The position numbers and the translations under genes are program-made. From the IMG/VR virus record IMGVR_UViG_3300006141_000016: a stretch of DNA of 57,386 nt. One strand, given 5' to 3'. Below the pieces are notes generated by a model. The model was not told the DNA's origin. It searched no databases and saw only the letters and a list, made by a program, of their open reading frames with translations. This DNA comes from a virus. Shown piece by piece: positions 17,085-25,702 of this stretch. Numbering within the stretch: position 1 is the first letter of the stretch; every line of letters starts with the position of its first letter.

Positions 17085-17723
17085 ATGGCAAAAGTAATTG
17101 CAATAATGGGAGAGTCCGGTTCTGGGAAAACCACTTCCATGCAGAACCTTGACCCAAAAACAACATTTTATATCGACGCAGACAGAAAAGGTTTGTCATG
17201 GAGAGGTTGGAGGGAACAGTACAGCGAGAAAAAAGGAAATTATTTGAAAAGTGATGATGTGAACATTGTCCGGCAGTACATCCGAAAAATCGCTGAAATG
17301 AAAAACTGGAAAGTGGTGGTTGTTGATACCATTAACGGCTTAATGGTTGCTGATGAAATGCGCCGGAGCAAGGAAAAGGGATATGACAAGTGGGTTGACC
17401 TTGCAACCTGCGTTTGGGACTTGGTAGTTGACTGTTATGATTACCGGGATGACTTGACAGTTATTTTTACGGCGCATACACAGACAGAAACAGATGATTC
17501 CGGGTATCGGTTTACCAGAATCCAGACATCCGGCAAAAAGTTAAATAAGATTGTTCTGGAAAGCAAGTTCACAACAGTTCTTCTGTCAAAGTGCGTAGAT
17601 GGGAAATATCTTTTTGAAACGCGAGCGAACAACAGCACTGCAAAGACACCAAAAGGAGCATTTGAGGATTTTGAAATAGAGAATGATATCACAACAGTGA
17701 TTAAGGCATTGGAGGAATTTTAA
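17085..17723 (+). CDS. AAA_24 / Sak4-like RecA-fold ATPase
   Basis: Walker A GESGSGKTT, VVVDTINGL. Size and synteny with the DUF669 gene. Confidence 0.75.
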   Translation: MAKVIAIMGESGSGKTTSMQNLDPKTTFYIDADRKGLSWRGWREQYSEKKGNYLKSDDVNIVRQYIRKIAEMKNWKVVVVDTINGLMVADEMRRSKEKGYDKWVDLATCVWDLVVDCYDYRDDLTVIFTAHTQTETDDSGYRFTRIQTSGKKLNKIVLESKFTTVLLSKCVDGKYLFETRANNSTAKTPKGAFEDFEIENDITTVIKALEEF

Positions 17724-18329
17724 ATGAAAAAATTAAATGGATACGAAAAAGCACAGGCATACAGCGATACAGAGCGGCTCCCGGTTGGCGGGTATGTGCT
17801 GAAAATTCTTGATGCAGTGGAGCAGGACAACTCTGACAAGGGATGGAATAATCAGCTTATTATATCGTTTGACATCGCAGAGGGTGAGCATAAAGATTTC
17901 TTTGCAGCTAATTACAAGGCACAGACAGGCGAAGATAAAAAGTGGAAAGGTACATACCGTCTGCGCGTTCCAAAAGACGATGGAAGCGAACAGGACAACT
18001 GGACAATGCGCCGGTTCAAAACAGTGATGAATGCCTTTGAAGATTCCAACAAAGGTTATCGCTTTGACTGGGACGAAAAGAAACTCAAAGGCTTGTTGAT
18101 TGGAGCATTATTCAATAACAAGGAATACGAATTTAACGGCAGGCATGGATTTTTTACAAACTGCCATTCTCTTGTGACAGTAGAGAAAATCCGTTCAGGC
18201 AAATTTGAGATTCCGGCAGATACGCTTTTAAAAAATAATGGACAACAGAGCGGCGGGTATGGAAAGCCGGATGCAGACGGATTTATGAATATTCCTGACG
18301 GGATAGATGAAGAGCTGCCTTTTAATTAG
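17724..18329 (+). CDS. DUF669-like ssDNA-binding protein candidate
   Basis: Synteny after AAA_24. Acidic SSB-like tail ...DGIDEELPFN. Confidence 0.6.
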   Translation: MKKLNGYEKAQAYSDTERLPVGGYVLKILDAVEQDNSDKGWNNQLIISFDIAEGEHKDFFAANYKAQTGEDKKWKGTYRLRVPKDDGSEQDNWTMRRFKTVMNAFEDSNKGYRFDWDEKKLKGLLIGALFNNKEYEFNGRHGFFTNCHSLVTVEKIRSGKFEIPADTLLKNNGQQSGGYGKPDADGFMNIPDGIDEELPFN

Positions 18330-18337
18330 GAGCCGTT

Positions 18338-18853
18338 ATGACACCATTTGAGTTAAAAAAATCTCTGGAATCTATGACATTGCTTGTAGATTCCAGAGAA
18401 CAACCAACGGAAAACCTTAAAAGACGCATAGAGCAGACAGGCTTACCACATGAGCGACGCAAGCTGGATTTCGGGGATTATTCCTGCCAGTGTGTGTTGC
18501 CAGATGGAAGTACCCTTGATTTCTCCAACAGGGCAGTGATTGAGCGGAAAATGAATCTTGATGAACTATGTCTGTGCTTTGGGAAAGAGCGTGGGCGGTT
18601 TGAAAGGGAGTTTGAAAGGGCTAAAGCCGCAGGGTGCCGGATTTACCTGTTAGTGGAAAATGGTACATGGGAACACGCTTATTGTGGTAAGTATAGAAGC
18701 ATGTATAATCCCAAGGCTTTGATTGCCAGCATTGACGCATACAGGGCAAGGTATGGTATGCAACTGGATTTCTGTAAAGCTGAAACGACTGGAAAACTTA
18801 TAAGGGATATTCTGTATCGAGAACTGAAAGAAGTGTTGGAAAATGAATACTGA
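18338..18853 (+). CDS. ERCC4/XPF-Mus81-type nuclease
   Basis: VDSREQ, GDY and IERK motifs in the canonical order. Confidence 0.75.
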   Translation: MTPFELKKSLESMTLLVDSREQPTENLKRRIEQTGLPHERRKLDFGDYSCQCVLPDGSTLDFSNRAVIERKMNLDELCLCFGKERGRFEREFERAKAAGCRIYLLVENGTWEHAYCGKYRSMYNPKALIASIDAYRARYGMQLDFCKAETTGKLIRDILYRELKEVLENEY

Positions 18854-18928
18854 CTCTGCCAAAAGGAAGAAACAGGGCAAAAAATCATAGAGATTCTTGG
18901 CGGAACAATGAAGGAGGATTAAGAGGAA

Positions 18929-19102
18929 ATGAAATTAGGTGAACTTTACAGCAAGCCGTTACAGGAAGTATTGCAGGAATTAGAGCTTGTGGACATGAAA
19001 GTACATACAGATGATTCTGGGGAAGTAAAGGCGGTAGAACTGAAATACGAAGAAAATAACATAGAAAAGAACATAGAAAAGAAGAAAGAACCAATGTGGT
19101 GA
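18929..19102 (+). CDS. Hypothetical (57 aa)
   Basis: AAGGAGGA RBS. Stop overlaps the next start (TGATG). Confidence 0.45.
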   Translation: MKLGELYSKPLQEVLQELELVDMKVHTDDSGEVKAVELKYEENNIEKNIEKKKEPMW

Positions 19103-19590
19103 TGACTAAGGAAGAAATAAAAGACCTCTATTCCATGAAAGATATTCTTGAACGGTATGGACTGCCGCAGCCGAACAGGGCAGGGTTTATATGCTGCCCG
19201 TTTCACAAGGAAAAGACGGCGAGCATGAAGATATACAAGGATTCCTATAACTGCTTTGCCTGCGGTGCAAATGGTGATGTGTTTTCCTTTGTCCAGTCTA
19301 TGGAAAATGTGGACTTCAAAACAGCATTTAAGATGCTTGGCGGCACCTATGCTGATAAGTCAGATTACCAACATAAGCTTTTCCAGTATAGGTGCCAGAA
19401 ACGAAAAGAAACAAAGAGAATCCGGGAAGAAAAAAGGAAAGCGCTCCATGCGGAAGTCCTGGAAGAAATCAATCTAATGAAAGCTATAAAACTGCTTTCT
19501 CCGGTGTTTTCTGATGATTGGTGCTATGCCGTGAATAAACTTGAATATGATTTTTATCTGCTTGAACATTTAATGGCAAGAAGGAGGTGA
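19102..19590 (+). CDS. CHC2 zinc-finger (DnaG primase-type) protein
   Basis: CPFHKEKTASMKIY....CFACGANGDVFSF matches the zf-CHC2 pattern. Confidence 0.8.
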   Translation: MTKEEIKDLYSMKDILERYGLPQPNRAGFICCPFHKEKTASMKIYKDSYNCFACGANGDVFSFVQSMENVDFKTAFKMLGGTYADKSDYQHKLFQYRCQKRKETKRIREEKRKALHAEVLEEINLMKAIKLLSPVFSDDWCYAVNKLEYDFYLLEHLMARRR

Positions 19591-19597
19591 GAAGAGA

Positions 19598-21463
19598 TTG
19601 GATATTACGGCTTTAGACACAAAGGAAAAGCTTCTGTCAAAGGCTGTCCTGGATGAAGTATTTGAGATTCAAGACGAAATAGACCGGGCAATCATGCTTC
19701 TCTCCCTGCAGGAAAAAGCGAAAATGCTAGGGGTAAAAGGGCAGTTTGACGACCTGGTAAGGGCATACAAAAAGGTGGATTTATCATTTAAAAAAGCGAG
19801 CCAAAGAGCGCCGGGATCAGGAATGGATAATTACACAGATTTTGACGGGCCATATGCGCCTATGTACTGCGGATCCTGGCTTGCAAATGAAAATGGTGTA
19901 TATTCGCAGAACATGTCCCAGGTGGAACAGATTGCCTGTTACCATCCAATCCTGCCAATAGAACGGCTTAAGAACCTTGAGACTGGCGAAGAACAGATTA
20001 AGCTTGCTTTTAAGCGAAATGGGCGCTGGGAAGAAATAATTGTGCCGAAGGTGATGATAACTTCTGCCAGTAAAATAGTGGCTTTGTCAGGCCGCGGAGT
20101 GGCTGTAACGAGCGAAAATGCGAAGCTGCTGGTCAGGTACTTATCAGACGTTGAAAACCGTAATACAGGGCAGATAGCAGTGCAGTATTCCAGTTCAAAG
20201 CTTGGGTGGATTAAGAAAGAATTTCTTCCTTACGATACGGAAATCACTTTTGATGGAGATTCACGATTTCGGCAGTTGTTTGAGAGCATCGGGGAGCATG
20301 GGAGTCAGGAAAAGTGGTATGAGCATGTTAAGGGGCTGCGGCAATCCTGTAGAATGGAAATAAAGCTGATGTTGGCGGCATCCTTTGCAAGCGTGCTAAT
20401 CCATCAAATAGGAGTGCTACCATTTTTTGTTGACCTGTGGGGAGAAACAGAAGGTGGAAAGACTGTAACCTTGATGTTAGCGGCATCTGTTTGGGCGAAT
20501 CCGGCAGAGAGCGCATACATCGGGGATTTTAAAACAACGGATGTGGCCTTGGAAGCGAAGGCGAACATGCTGAACCATCTGCCTATGATTCTGGATGATA
20601 CCAGCAAGAAGAACCGGCGAATTGAAGAGAACTTTGAGGGTGTAGTGTATGACTTATGCTCGGGCAAGGGCAAGACACGCTCTAACCGGGATATTGGAAT
20701 CAACACGGAAAGCCACTGGAACAACTGCATACTGACGAATGGAGAACGCCCTCTGACATCTTATGTCAGCCAGGGCGGCGCAATCAACCGTATATTGGAA
20801 ATTGAATGTGGAGAAAAGGTGTATTCAGACCCACAACTCACCGCTGATACACTGAAACAGAATTATGGTTTTGCTGGGAAAGACTTCGTGGAAGTCATTA
20901 AGTCCATGGGGGCAGATGAAGTCCGGGAGATTCAAAAAGATTTCCAACAGAAGCTTTTTGACGATGAGAAAATGCAGAAGCAGAGCATATCACTTTCCAT
21001 CATCCTGACAGCGGATAAAATCGCCACAGACACGCTTTTTAAAGATGGGCAGTATATTTGTATTGACGAGGCGAAAAAGGTCTTAATTGACCGGAATGAG
21101 CTGTCTGACAATGAGCGGTGCTATCGTTACATACTGGATAAGGTTGCCATGAACTGTACGCGGTTTGACGATGATACTGCCTGCGAGAAGTGGGGAACGC
21201 TTAAAGACGGGTATGCCGTGTTTTATCCTCAGGCTTTGGAAGAATTGTGCAAGACTGGCGGTTTTTCAAAGAAATCGTTTTTGTCATGGGCAAATAAGAA
21301 AAGCCTATTGTCTCATTCAAGCGGTGCAAACACGAAACCTACAAGAATAAACGGCACTGTATGTAAGTGCGTTTGGCTAAAAATCGAAGAAGTTTCGGAG
21401 ATTGAAACTGATGAAAATGGATGGATAAAAGTTGATGAGCAAATGAAATTGCCGTTTGATTAA
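19598..21463 (+). CDS. Replicative helicase / primase-associated P-loop protein (DUF927 / SF3-like)
   Basis: TTG start after AGGAGGTGA. Walker A GETEGGKT, Walker B ILDDT. 621 aa, after the CHC2 finger. Confidence 0.7.
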   Translation: MDITALDTKEKLLSKAVLDEVFEIQDEIDRAIMLLSLQEKAKMLGVKGQFDDLVRAYKKVDLSFKKASQRAPGSGMDNYTDFDGPYAPMYCGSWLANENGVYSQNMSQVEQIACYHPILPIERLKNLETGEEQIKLAFKRNGRWEEIIVPKVMITSASKIVALSGRGVAVTSENAKLLVRYLSDVENRNTGQIAVQYSSSKLGWIKKEFLPYDTEITFDGDSRFRQLFESIGEHGSQEKWYEHVKGLRQSCRMEIKLMLAASFASVLIHQIGVLPFFVDLWGETEGGKTVTLMLAASVWANPAESAYIGDFKTTDVALEAKANMLNHLPMILDDTSKKNRRIEENFEGVVYDLCSGKGKTRSNRDIGINTESHWNNCILTNGERPLTSYVSQGGAINRILEIECGEKVYSDPQLTADTLKQNYGFAGKDFVEVIKSMGADEVREIQKDFQQKLFDDEKMQKQSISLSIILTADKIATDTLFKDGQYICIDEAKKVLIDRNELSDNERCYRYILDKVAMNCTRFDDDTACEKWGTLKDGYAVFYPQALEELCKTGGFSKKSFLSWANKKSLLSHSSGANTKPTRINGTVCKCVWLKIEEVSEIETDENGWIKVDEQMKLPFD

Positions 21464-21465
21464 TC

Positions 21466-21673
21466 GTAACCACTTGTATTTTGTAACCACTTGTACCCAC
21501 CTACTGAGGGTTCATCTTATAGGAGACTATAAATGTGTGTATATTATACAATCCCTAATTTTTGTAATGGCATTGTACAAAAGTGGTTTCACTGGTTACA
21601 TCCGCATAAAATCAATATTTTTGATAGTTACTCAAAAAAGTTACACAAAGTTACAAGAGTAAAAATAGGTTAC
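21466..21673. repeat. Iteron cluster, putative replication origin
   Basis: GTAACCACTTGTA at 21466 and 21483; an inverted, imperfect copy (one extra T) at 21576..21588; five (A/G)GTTAC units at 21595-21673, two of them as AAAGTTACA 10 bp apart. Confidence 0.5.
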
Positions 21674-21687
21674 GATGGAGGAAAGAT

Positions 21688-21990
21688 ATGCGGGAAAAAG
21701 AAGTTTTTAAGGAAATAGACGGATATTTTGGGCGGTATTCTGTTAGCAACTATGGCATGGTTATTAATAACAAGACAAGGCGTGAAATAGCGGCGCGTTA
21801 CAATTCTAATCATCCGCCCGTTGTGATTTTAAGCTTGAATGGGGTTAGGACAACGCACTTTGTATACATGTTAGTTGCAAAAGCTTTTGTTGACAATCTG
21901 AACAGCTATGAGTATGTGCGTTTTATTGACGGAGACAGCAGACACCACATGGCAGATAACCTTGAATGGGTAGAGTCATCAGAAGATTAG
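21688..21990 (+). CDS. NUMOD4/HNH_3-like small protein (truncated homing-endonuclease-like)
   Basis: GRYSVSNYGMVIN (NUMOD4-like) and DNLEW. 100 aa. Confidence 0.55.
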   Translation: MREKEVFKEIDGYFGRYSVSNYGMVINNKTRREIAARYNSNHPPVVILSLNGVRTTHFVYMLVAKAFVDNLNSYEYVRFIDGDSRHHMADNLEWVESSED

Positions 21991-21999
21991 GAGATTATC

Positions 22000-22452
22000 A
22001 TGCAGGGAAAAATAGAAGATATAAAGAACATCCAGAACATACTCTGGGCTACATTCAAAGTTTTTTATGAAAGAGACCACAATGTTGAGCAATATTGCAA
22101 CAAAGTGAATGATTTGGTCAGCGAGTATGACAGTGAACTGCAATGGTTCTGTAAAAATATTGTAATTTCATGGAAATCAATGATTGATAGCTTTGCAGAA
22201 GATTTCAGGTATGGAAGAGATACGGCAGAAAAGTTTTATTGCGTCAAACATATCCAGAACACGCTGTGGAGGATATACAAAGAGTTTCTGGCAGACCACA
22301 AAGTAAAGGCTTATACAGATAAAGCTGCAGCGCTGGTGCATGAGTATGACGGCAAAAAAGACATGATGCTATTCGCGCAGACGCTCATCCTGTCATGGAC
22401 ACCGATTATAAATGGGCTTGCAGAAGAGTTCAGGAACGGGACAGGTGGCTGA
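22000..22452 (+). CDS. Hypothetical with an internal ~70-aa duplication
   Basis: IKNIQNILWATFKVF...SWKSMIDSFAEDFRYG versus VKHIQNTLWRIYKEF...SWTPIINGLAEEFRNG. Confidence 0.6.
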   Translation: MQGKIEDIKNIQNILWATFKVFYERDHNVEQYCNKVNDLVSEYDSELQWFCKNIVISWKSMIDSFAEDFRYGRDTAEKFYCVKHIQNTLWRIYKEFLADHKVKAYTDKAAALVHEYDGKKDMMLFAQTLILSWTPIINGLAEEFRNGTGG

Positions 22453-22453
22453 C

Positions 22454-22696
22454 ATGAAAAGAGAGAAAGCCCCATGGGGGACATACTCAATGGTATTCTG
22501 GAAATTTTATGAATCAGAAGCCCGGAAGCAGAGGGAAGAATTTGAAGATACAGACCAGGCAACGCGGGCCCAGAGATCCATGCTCTGTCTTATGGGCAGG
22601 AAGGGGATCCATGATGTGAAAGTTAAGCGGCGGAGGAATGTGCTGTATCTGGAAAGGGTGGAGAAGAATGTTAGAAGAAATCGTTCTGGAGATTGA
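22454..22696 (+). CDS. Hypothetical basic protein (80 aa)
   Basis: ATG 22454 directly after the upstream stop. Confidence 0.45.
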   Translation: MKREKAPWGTYSMVFWKFYESEARKQREEFEDTDQATRAQRSMLCLMGRKGIHDVKVKRRRNVLYLERVEKNVRRNRSGD

Positions 22697-23108
22697 AGAA
22701 ATGGAATATCCCAGTGGGGAGATATTCCAGGGCCTGATAGCAGAAGGGATCCATGACAGGGGAGCGGCTGCCGCCCATGGGTTTGGTGAGGCGCAGGAGA
22801 GGATTATGGCGATTATCCGCAGTCACAGCAATGACGGGTGGACATACTGCGGAGACGGAAAGAACCTGCCGGAGGAGCCTGGTGATGGATTGAGGGATAT
22901 GGATGAATTGGAAGAATACATAGTCATGATTGAAGACGCGGAAGTGCCTACGGTTCTTGAATATGCTGGAGGCGGTGAATGGCACAGGGACGGAGTATTC
23001 TACAGCGTCATTGCATGGCAGCCCCTTCCGTCTCCATACCGCCCACAGAAGGCTGTGGGAGATGACTATAAGAACCGGATCATGGACAGGTTCTTGCGGA
23101 CGGAATAA
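22668..23108 (+). CDS. DUF551-like protein (paralog 1)
   Basis: GGTGGAGAAGA RBS. DGW..C....LPEE ... VIAWQPLPSPYRP. Confidence 0.6.
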   Translation: MLEEIVLEIEEMEYPSGEIFQGLIAEGIHDRGAAAAHGFGEAQERIMAIIRSHSNDGWTYCGDGKNLPEEPGDGLRDMDELEEYIVMIEDAEVPTVLEYAGGGEWHRDGVFYSVIAWQPLPSPYRPQKAVGDDYKNRIMDRFLRTE

Positions 23109-23171
23109 AGATTTCAGAAAGGAGCCGGAACCTTCCCGGGAAAAAGGCGCGCCGGGTTCCTTGATGGAAAA

Positions 23172-24293
23172 ATGAGTGAGCAATACAGAAGCAGGGTATA
23201 TACAGACAGGCCGGATTATGCGGATCTTGATCCTCCGGAAAAATTTCAGGCGATCATGGGCATTATAATGACGCATTTGAGGCAGCATCCCAAAACGATC
23301 TGTTCTTATTCCGGAGGGGCAGACAGTGATATCATGATTGACTTAATTGAGACCACACGAAAGATTGCGCCGTCTCTTCCGCCGGTAAAGTATGCTTTTT
23401 TTAACACAGGCCTGGAGATGAAAGCCACGAAAGACCATGTCAAAGAGACGGAGGAGAAATATGGCATAACGATTGAGCCATACCGTCCAAAGATTGGAAT
23501 CGTCCAGGCATCCAGGACTTACGGCATCCCCTTTGTATCAAAAATAATGTCTGCAGGGCTTGAAGGCTGGCAGAAAAAGAAGATACCTCTGTCAATAGCA
23601 GATGAATACGCGCAGGCTGAGGATAAGGCGGCAAAAAGGAGGGAGCTGAGCGAGAGATTTCCAAAGAGTGAGAGTATAATCAATTTCCTCTGCTGCTGCA
23701 ATTCCGCAGGGGAGCCGAGGCCGAACATCCAGCTGGTGATCAACTCGTCAAAATATATGCGTGATTTTATCGGAGAGTATCCGCCGGACTTCCAGATCAG
23801 CGCGCAGTGCTGTGACTACTGCAAGAAACAGGTGGCGCACAGTGCACAGAAGGGCTATGAAATGATTGTCACGGGAGAGCGGAGGGAGGAAGGCGGTATG
23901 AGGTCCGTCCCACGCAAGGACAATACGGCGCTGTGCTTTACTGAGACGACCGGAGGGCAGTATAGATTCAGGCCCCTTTACTATGTCACCGACAAGGATA
24001 AGGCCTGGTACAAGGAGCAGTTTGAAATAAGATATTCCGATGCTTACGAGGTCTACGGCCTTACCAGGACGGGCTGCTGTGGGTGCCCGATCTCATACAA
24101 GGCAGTTGAGGATCTGGAGCTGATCCGGCCATACGAACCGAATGTTGTGAAGGCAGCATGGAACATCTTTGGGAAGAGCTATGAGTACCGCAAGAAATAT
24201 AATGCCTATAAGGATGCCAGGATGGCAGAAGAGAAGAAAAAGAAATCAAATGTAGATGGGCAGATGGAGATGTTTGATTTTATGCAGGGATAA
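23172..24293 (+). CDS. PAPS-reductase-family PP-loop protein (DndC-like fold candidate)
   Basis: PP-loop SYSGGADSD. C-terminal Cys clusters CCDYCKK and TGCCGCPISY. Confidence 0.7.
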   Translation: MSEQYRSRVYTDRPDYADLDPPEKFQAIMGIIMTHLRQHPKTICSYSGGADSDIMIDLIETTRKIAPSLPPVKYAFFNTGLEMKATKDHVKETEEKYGITIEPYRPKIGIVQASRTYGIPFVSKIMSAGLEGWQKKKIPLSIADEYAQAEDKAAKRRELSERFPKSESIINFLCCCNSAGEPRPNIQLVINSSKYMRDFIGEYPPDFQISAQCCDYCKKQVAHSAQKGYEMIVTGERREEGGMRSVPRKDNTALCFTETTGGQYRFRPLYYVTDKDKAWYKEQFEIRYSDAYEVYGLTRTGCCGCPISYKAVEDLELIRPYEPNVVKAAWNIFGKSYEYRKKYNAYKDARMAEEKKKKSNVDGQMEMFDFMQG

Positions 24294-24351
24294 ACGAGAG
24301 AAAGGAGCCGCCTCCGGCCGGGGCAACGCTATAGCAGAGAGGAAAAGGAAA

Positions 24352-24687
24352 ATGAGAGTATATATATCGGGTGCAATCAGTGGGACGGATGATTATATGG
24401 AGCGGTTTCAGAGGGCGGAGGACAAACTGAACGCTGAAGGAATCAAGACCATTAACCCAGCAAAGGTCAATGAGAACCTGCCATTTACATATGAGGAGTA
24501 CATGAAAATTGACCTTTTGATGATTGATATGTGTGACGGAATCTATATGATGCGTGGATGGCAGAAATCTCCTGGAGCGAACCGTGAGTTAGGATATGCG
24601 TTGGCGAAGGAAAAGACGCTCCTGTTTGAGGAGAATGGAGAATGGAGAATGGAGAATGAACAATGTACTCAAATATCCAGGCAGTAA
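24352..24687 (+). CDS. DUF4406 / nucleoside 2-deoxyribosyltransferase-like protein
   Basis: MRVYISGAISG...INPA...CDGIYMMRGWQKSPGANRELGYA pattern. GGAAAAGGAAA RBS. Confidence 0.6.
   Translation: MRVYISGAISGTDDYMERFQRAEDKLNAEGIKTINPAKVNENLPFTYEEYMKIDLLMIDMCDGIYMMRGWQKSPGANRELGYALAKEKTLLFEENGEWRMENEQCTQISRQ
24630..24657 (+). repeat. Perfect heptanucleotide tandem repeat (GGAGAAT)x4
   Basis: Four exact units spanning the DUF4406 3' end and the Dam start. Each unit carries GGAG and an ATG. Confidence 0.95.
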
Positions 24688-25474
24688 ATGGAACATAGCC
24701 AGGCAATTGGTGGAACTTATCCCGCCACATCACAGTTATGTGGAGCCGTATTTCGGCAGCGGGGCGGTGCTGTTCAGCAAGGCACCGTCCGCAATCGAGA
24801 CGGTGAATGACCTGGACGGCAATGTGGTGAATCTCTTCCGCTGCATTCAGCAGGACTCAGAGCGCCTGGCCAGACTGGTGATGACGACGCCTTACTCTCG
24901 GGAGGAATATGATAAGCAGTATTCCCCAGGAAATTCATATGCCAGCCGGTACCAGCGGGCGGCAGGATTCTTGGTTCGGTGTTGGCAGGGCCATGGGTTC
25001 CGGACGAACGGGTATAAAGTCGGGTGGAAGAACGATGTACAAGGCCGGGAAAGATCATATGCTCTCTGGAACTGGTACCGTCTGCCGGACTGGATTATAG
25101 AGATTGCGGAGCGCCTGCGGAAAGTGCAGATTGAAAACAGGCCGGCGCTTGAAGTGATAACGAGATTTAACTATCCGAACGTGTTTATGTACCTGGATCC
25201 GCCCTATCTGCTGGATGTCAGGAGCGGAAAGCAGTATAAGCACGAGATGACCAATGACGATCATGAGGAGCTGCTGAAAACTGTCCTGCAGAGCAGGGCC
25301 AAAATCATGATTTCCGGGTACGAGTCGGAGATGTATAACAGCTATCTGCAGGGATGGCGGAAGGAATTTTTTACCAGCTGCGCAGAACATCATGGGACAC
25401 GCCAGGAAGTAGTCTGGATGAACTACGAATACCTTGCGCAGATGACGCTGGGGGATATGGAGGTGGCGGAGTGA
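24656..25474 (+). CDS. dam: DNA adenine methyltransferase (D12-class Dam)
   Basis: VLKYPGSKW, YFGSGAV and DPPY motifs. An alternative in-frame ATG lies at 24635, inside the repeat. Confidence 0.85.
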   Translation: MNNVLKYPGSKWNIARQLVELIPPHHSYVEPYFGSGAVLFSKAPSAIETVNDLDGNVVNLFRCIQQDSERLARLVMTTPYSREEYDKQYSPGNSYASRYQRAAGFLVRCWQGHGFRTNGYKVGWKNDVQGRERSYALWNWYRLPDWIIEIAERLRKVQIENRPALEVITRFNYPNVFMYLDPPYLLDVRSGKQYKHEMTNDDHEELLKTVLQSRAKIMISGYESEMYNSYLQGWRKEFFTSCAEHHGTRQEVVWMNYEYLAQMTLGDMEVAE

Positions 25475-25689
25475 GACAGTATTGCAGATATTGCGCTTAT
25501 TTTTGCACTGGAAATGGGCTATGGTGCGATAAACAGGGGCGAGAGATAAAAGAGGCTACAGCAAAATCCCCAAACAGGTGTCATGATTTTGCCTTCTGTG
25601 TAATGGATGCATTCGCAGAAAATGATAAAGGGTACCGTCCCAGAGTGCCTAGGAAAAAGCAGTGTGATGGGCAGTTAAGTTTATTTTGA
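25471..25689 (+). CDS. Small Cys-rich protein between the two methyltransferases
   Basis: GTGA-coupled start after GGAGGTGG. CRYCAYFC....WC...C..FAFC. Confidence 0.5.
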   Translation: MRQYCRYCAYFCTGNGLWCDKQGREIKEATAKSPNRCHDFAFCVMDAFAENDKGYRPRVPRKKQCDGQLSLF

Positions 25690-25702
25690 GGGAGGTGGGA
25701 TT

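Noticed and set aside
22671-23288. 205-aa minus-strand ORF opposite the DUF551 paralog and the start of the PAPS-reductase-like gene
   Set aside because: The + strand ORFs carry conserved motifs. The minus ORF spans a gene boundary and lacks any start signal.
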